Positions 63,988 through 64,000 of a stretch of 64,000 nt of DNA are shown in pieces (the first letter of the stretch is position 1; the number at the start of each line of letters is the position of its first letter). The stretch is from Calcarisporiella thermophila CBS 279.70. Its lineage: Eukaryota; Fungi; Calcarisporiellomycota. The notes under the pieces are model-generated. The model was not told the origin of the DNA and did no database searches. It saw only the letters and a program-made list of their open reading frames with translations. The stretch is taken from contig NW_027192191.1 of NCBI RefSeq assembly GCF_041956535.1, positions 1,003,443 through 1,067,442 of the forward strand, written 5' to 3'. A program made the position numbers and the translations under genes.

Positions 63988-64000
63988 TAACGACGAGATC

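Noticed and set aside
1-64000. CRISPR arrays, tRNA, rRNA, selenoprotein signals
   Set aside because: None seen by eye. No in-frame TGA at a Cys position was found in the exons examined.

Overview
Gene-dense eukaryotic DNA with many short GT-AG introns, most likely from an early-diverging (Mucoromycota-grade) fungus. This assignment is inferred from the plant-like PMA H+-ATPase, phytochelatin synthase, cyclin Y-like cyclin, cactin and Zn2Cys6 factor. About 21 protein-coding genes can be reconstructed by hand: BCD1, calnexin, a gelsolin-repeat protein, an RmlD/MAT2B-like reductase, an Hrp1/Musashi-like RRM protein, a CAMKL-type kinase, a Zn2Cys6 TF, a secreted Thr-rich/His-Lys-Cys protein, UBP6, a cyclin Y-like protein, PMA1, an ABCC transporter, ILV6 and ILV5 (head-to-head), RanGAP, a GT31-like/GT34 fusion, PCS, EMP24, cactin, AIP1 and a Pro/His-rich protein. 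An AT-rich island at about 35.3-37.9 kb holds a decayed transposase and foldback elements. The 781-N gap looks spurious because its flanks overlap by 34 nt. The top lead is the kinase at 14.6-16.3 kb. It is spliceable and complete except for one in-frame TAG in helix alphaE (ENLV*RIFRQ), which sits beside a predicted 13-bp RNA stem. UAG->UGG (Trp) would repair it, so it is a candidate for stop-codon-correcting A-to-I editing outside the ascomycete lineages where this is known. A plain nonsense mutation or a base-call error is not excluded. Other leads are a cyclin Y built from symmetric exons that each open with a basic-x-S-L-R-D-L motif, a possible KR-processed cationic Cys/His peptide precursor, the ILV6/ILV5 bidirectional pair, and a uORF plus leader intron upstream of PMA1. 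Exon boundaries were read by eye and no database searches were run.
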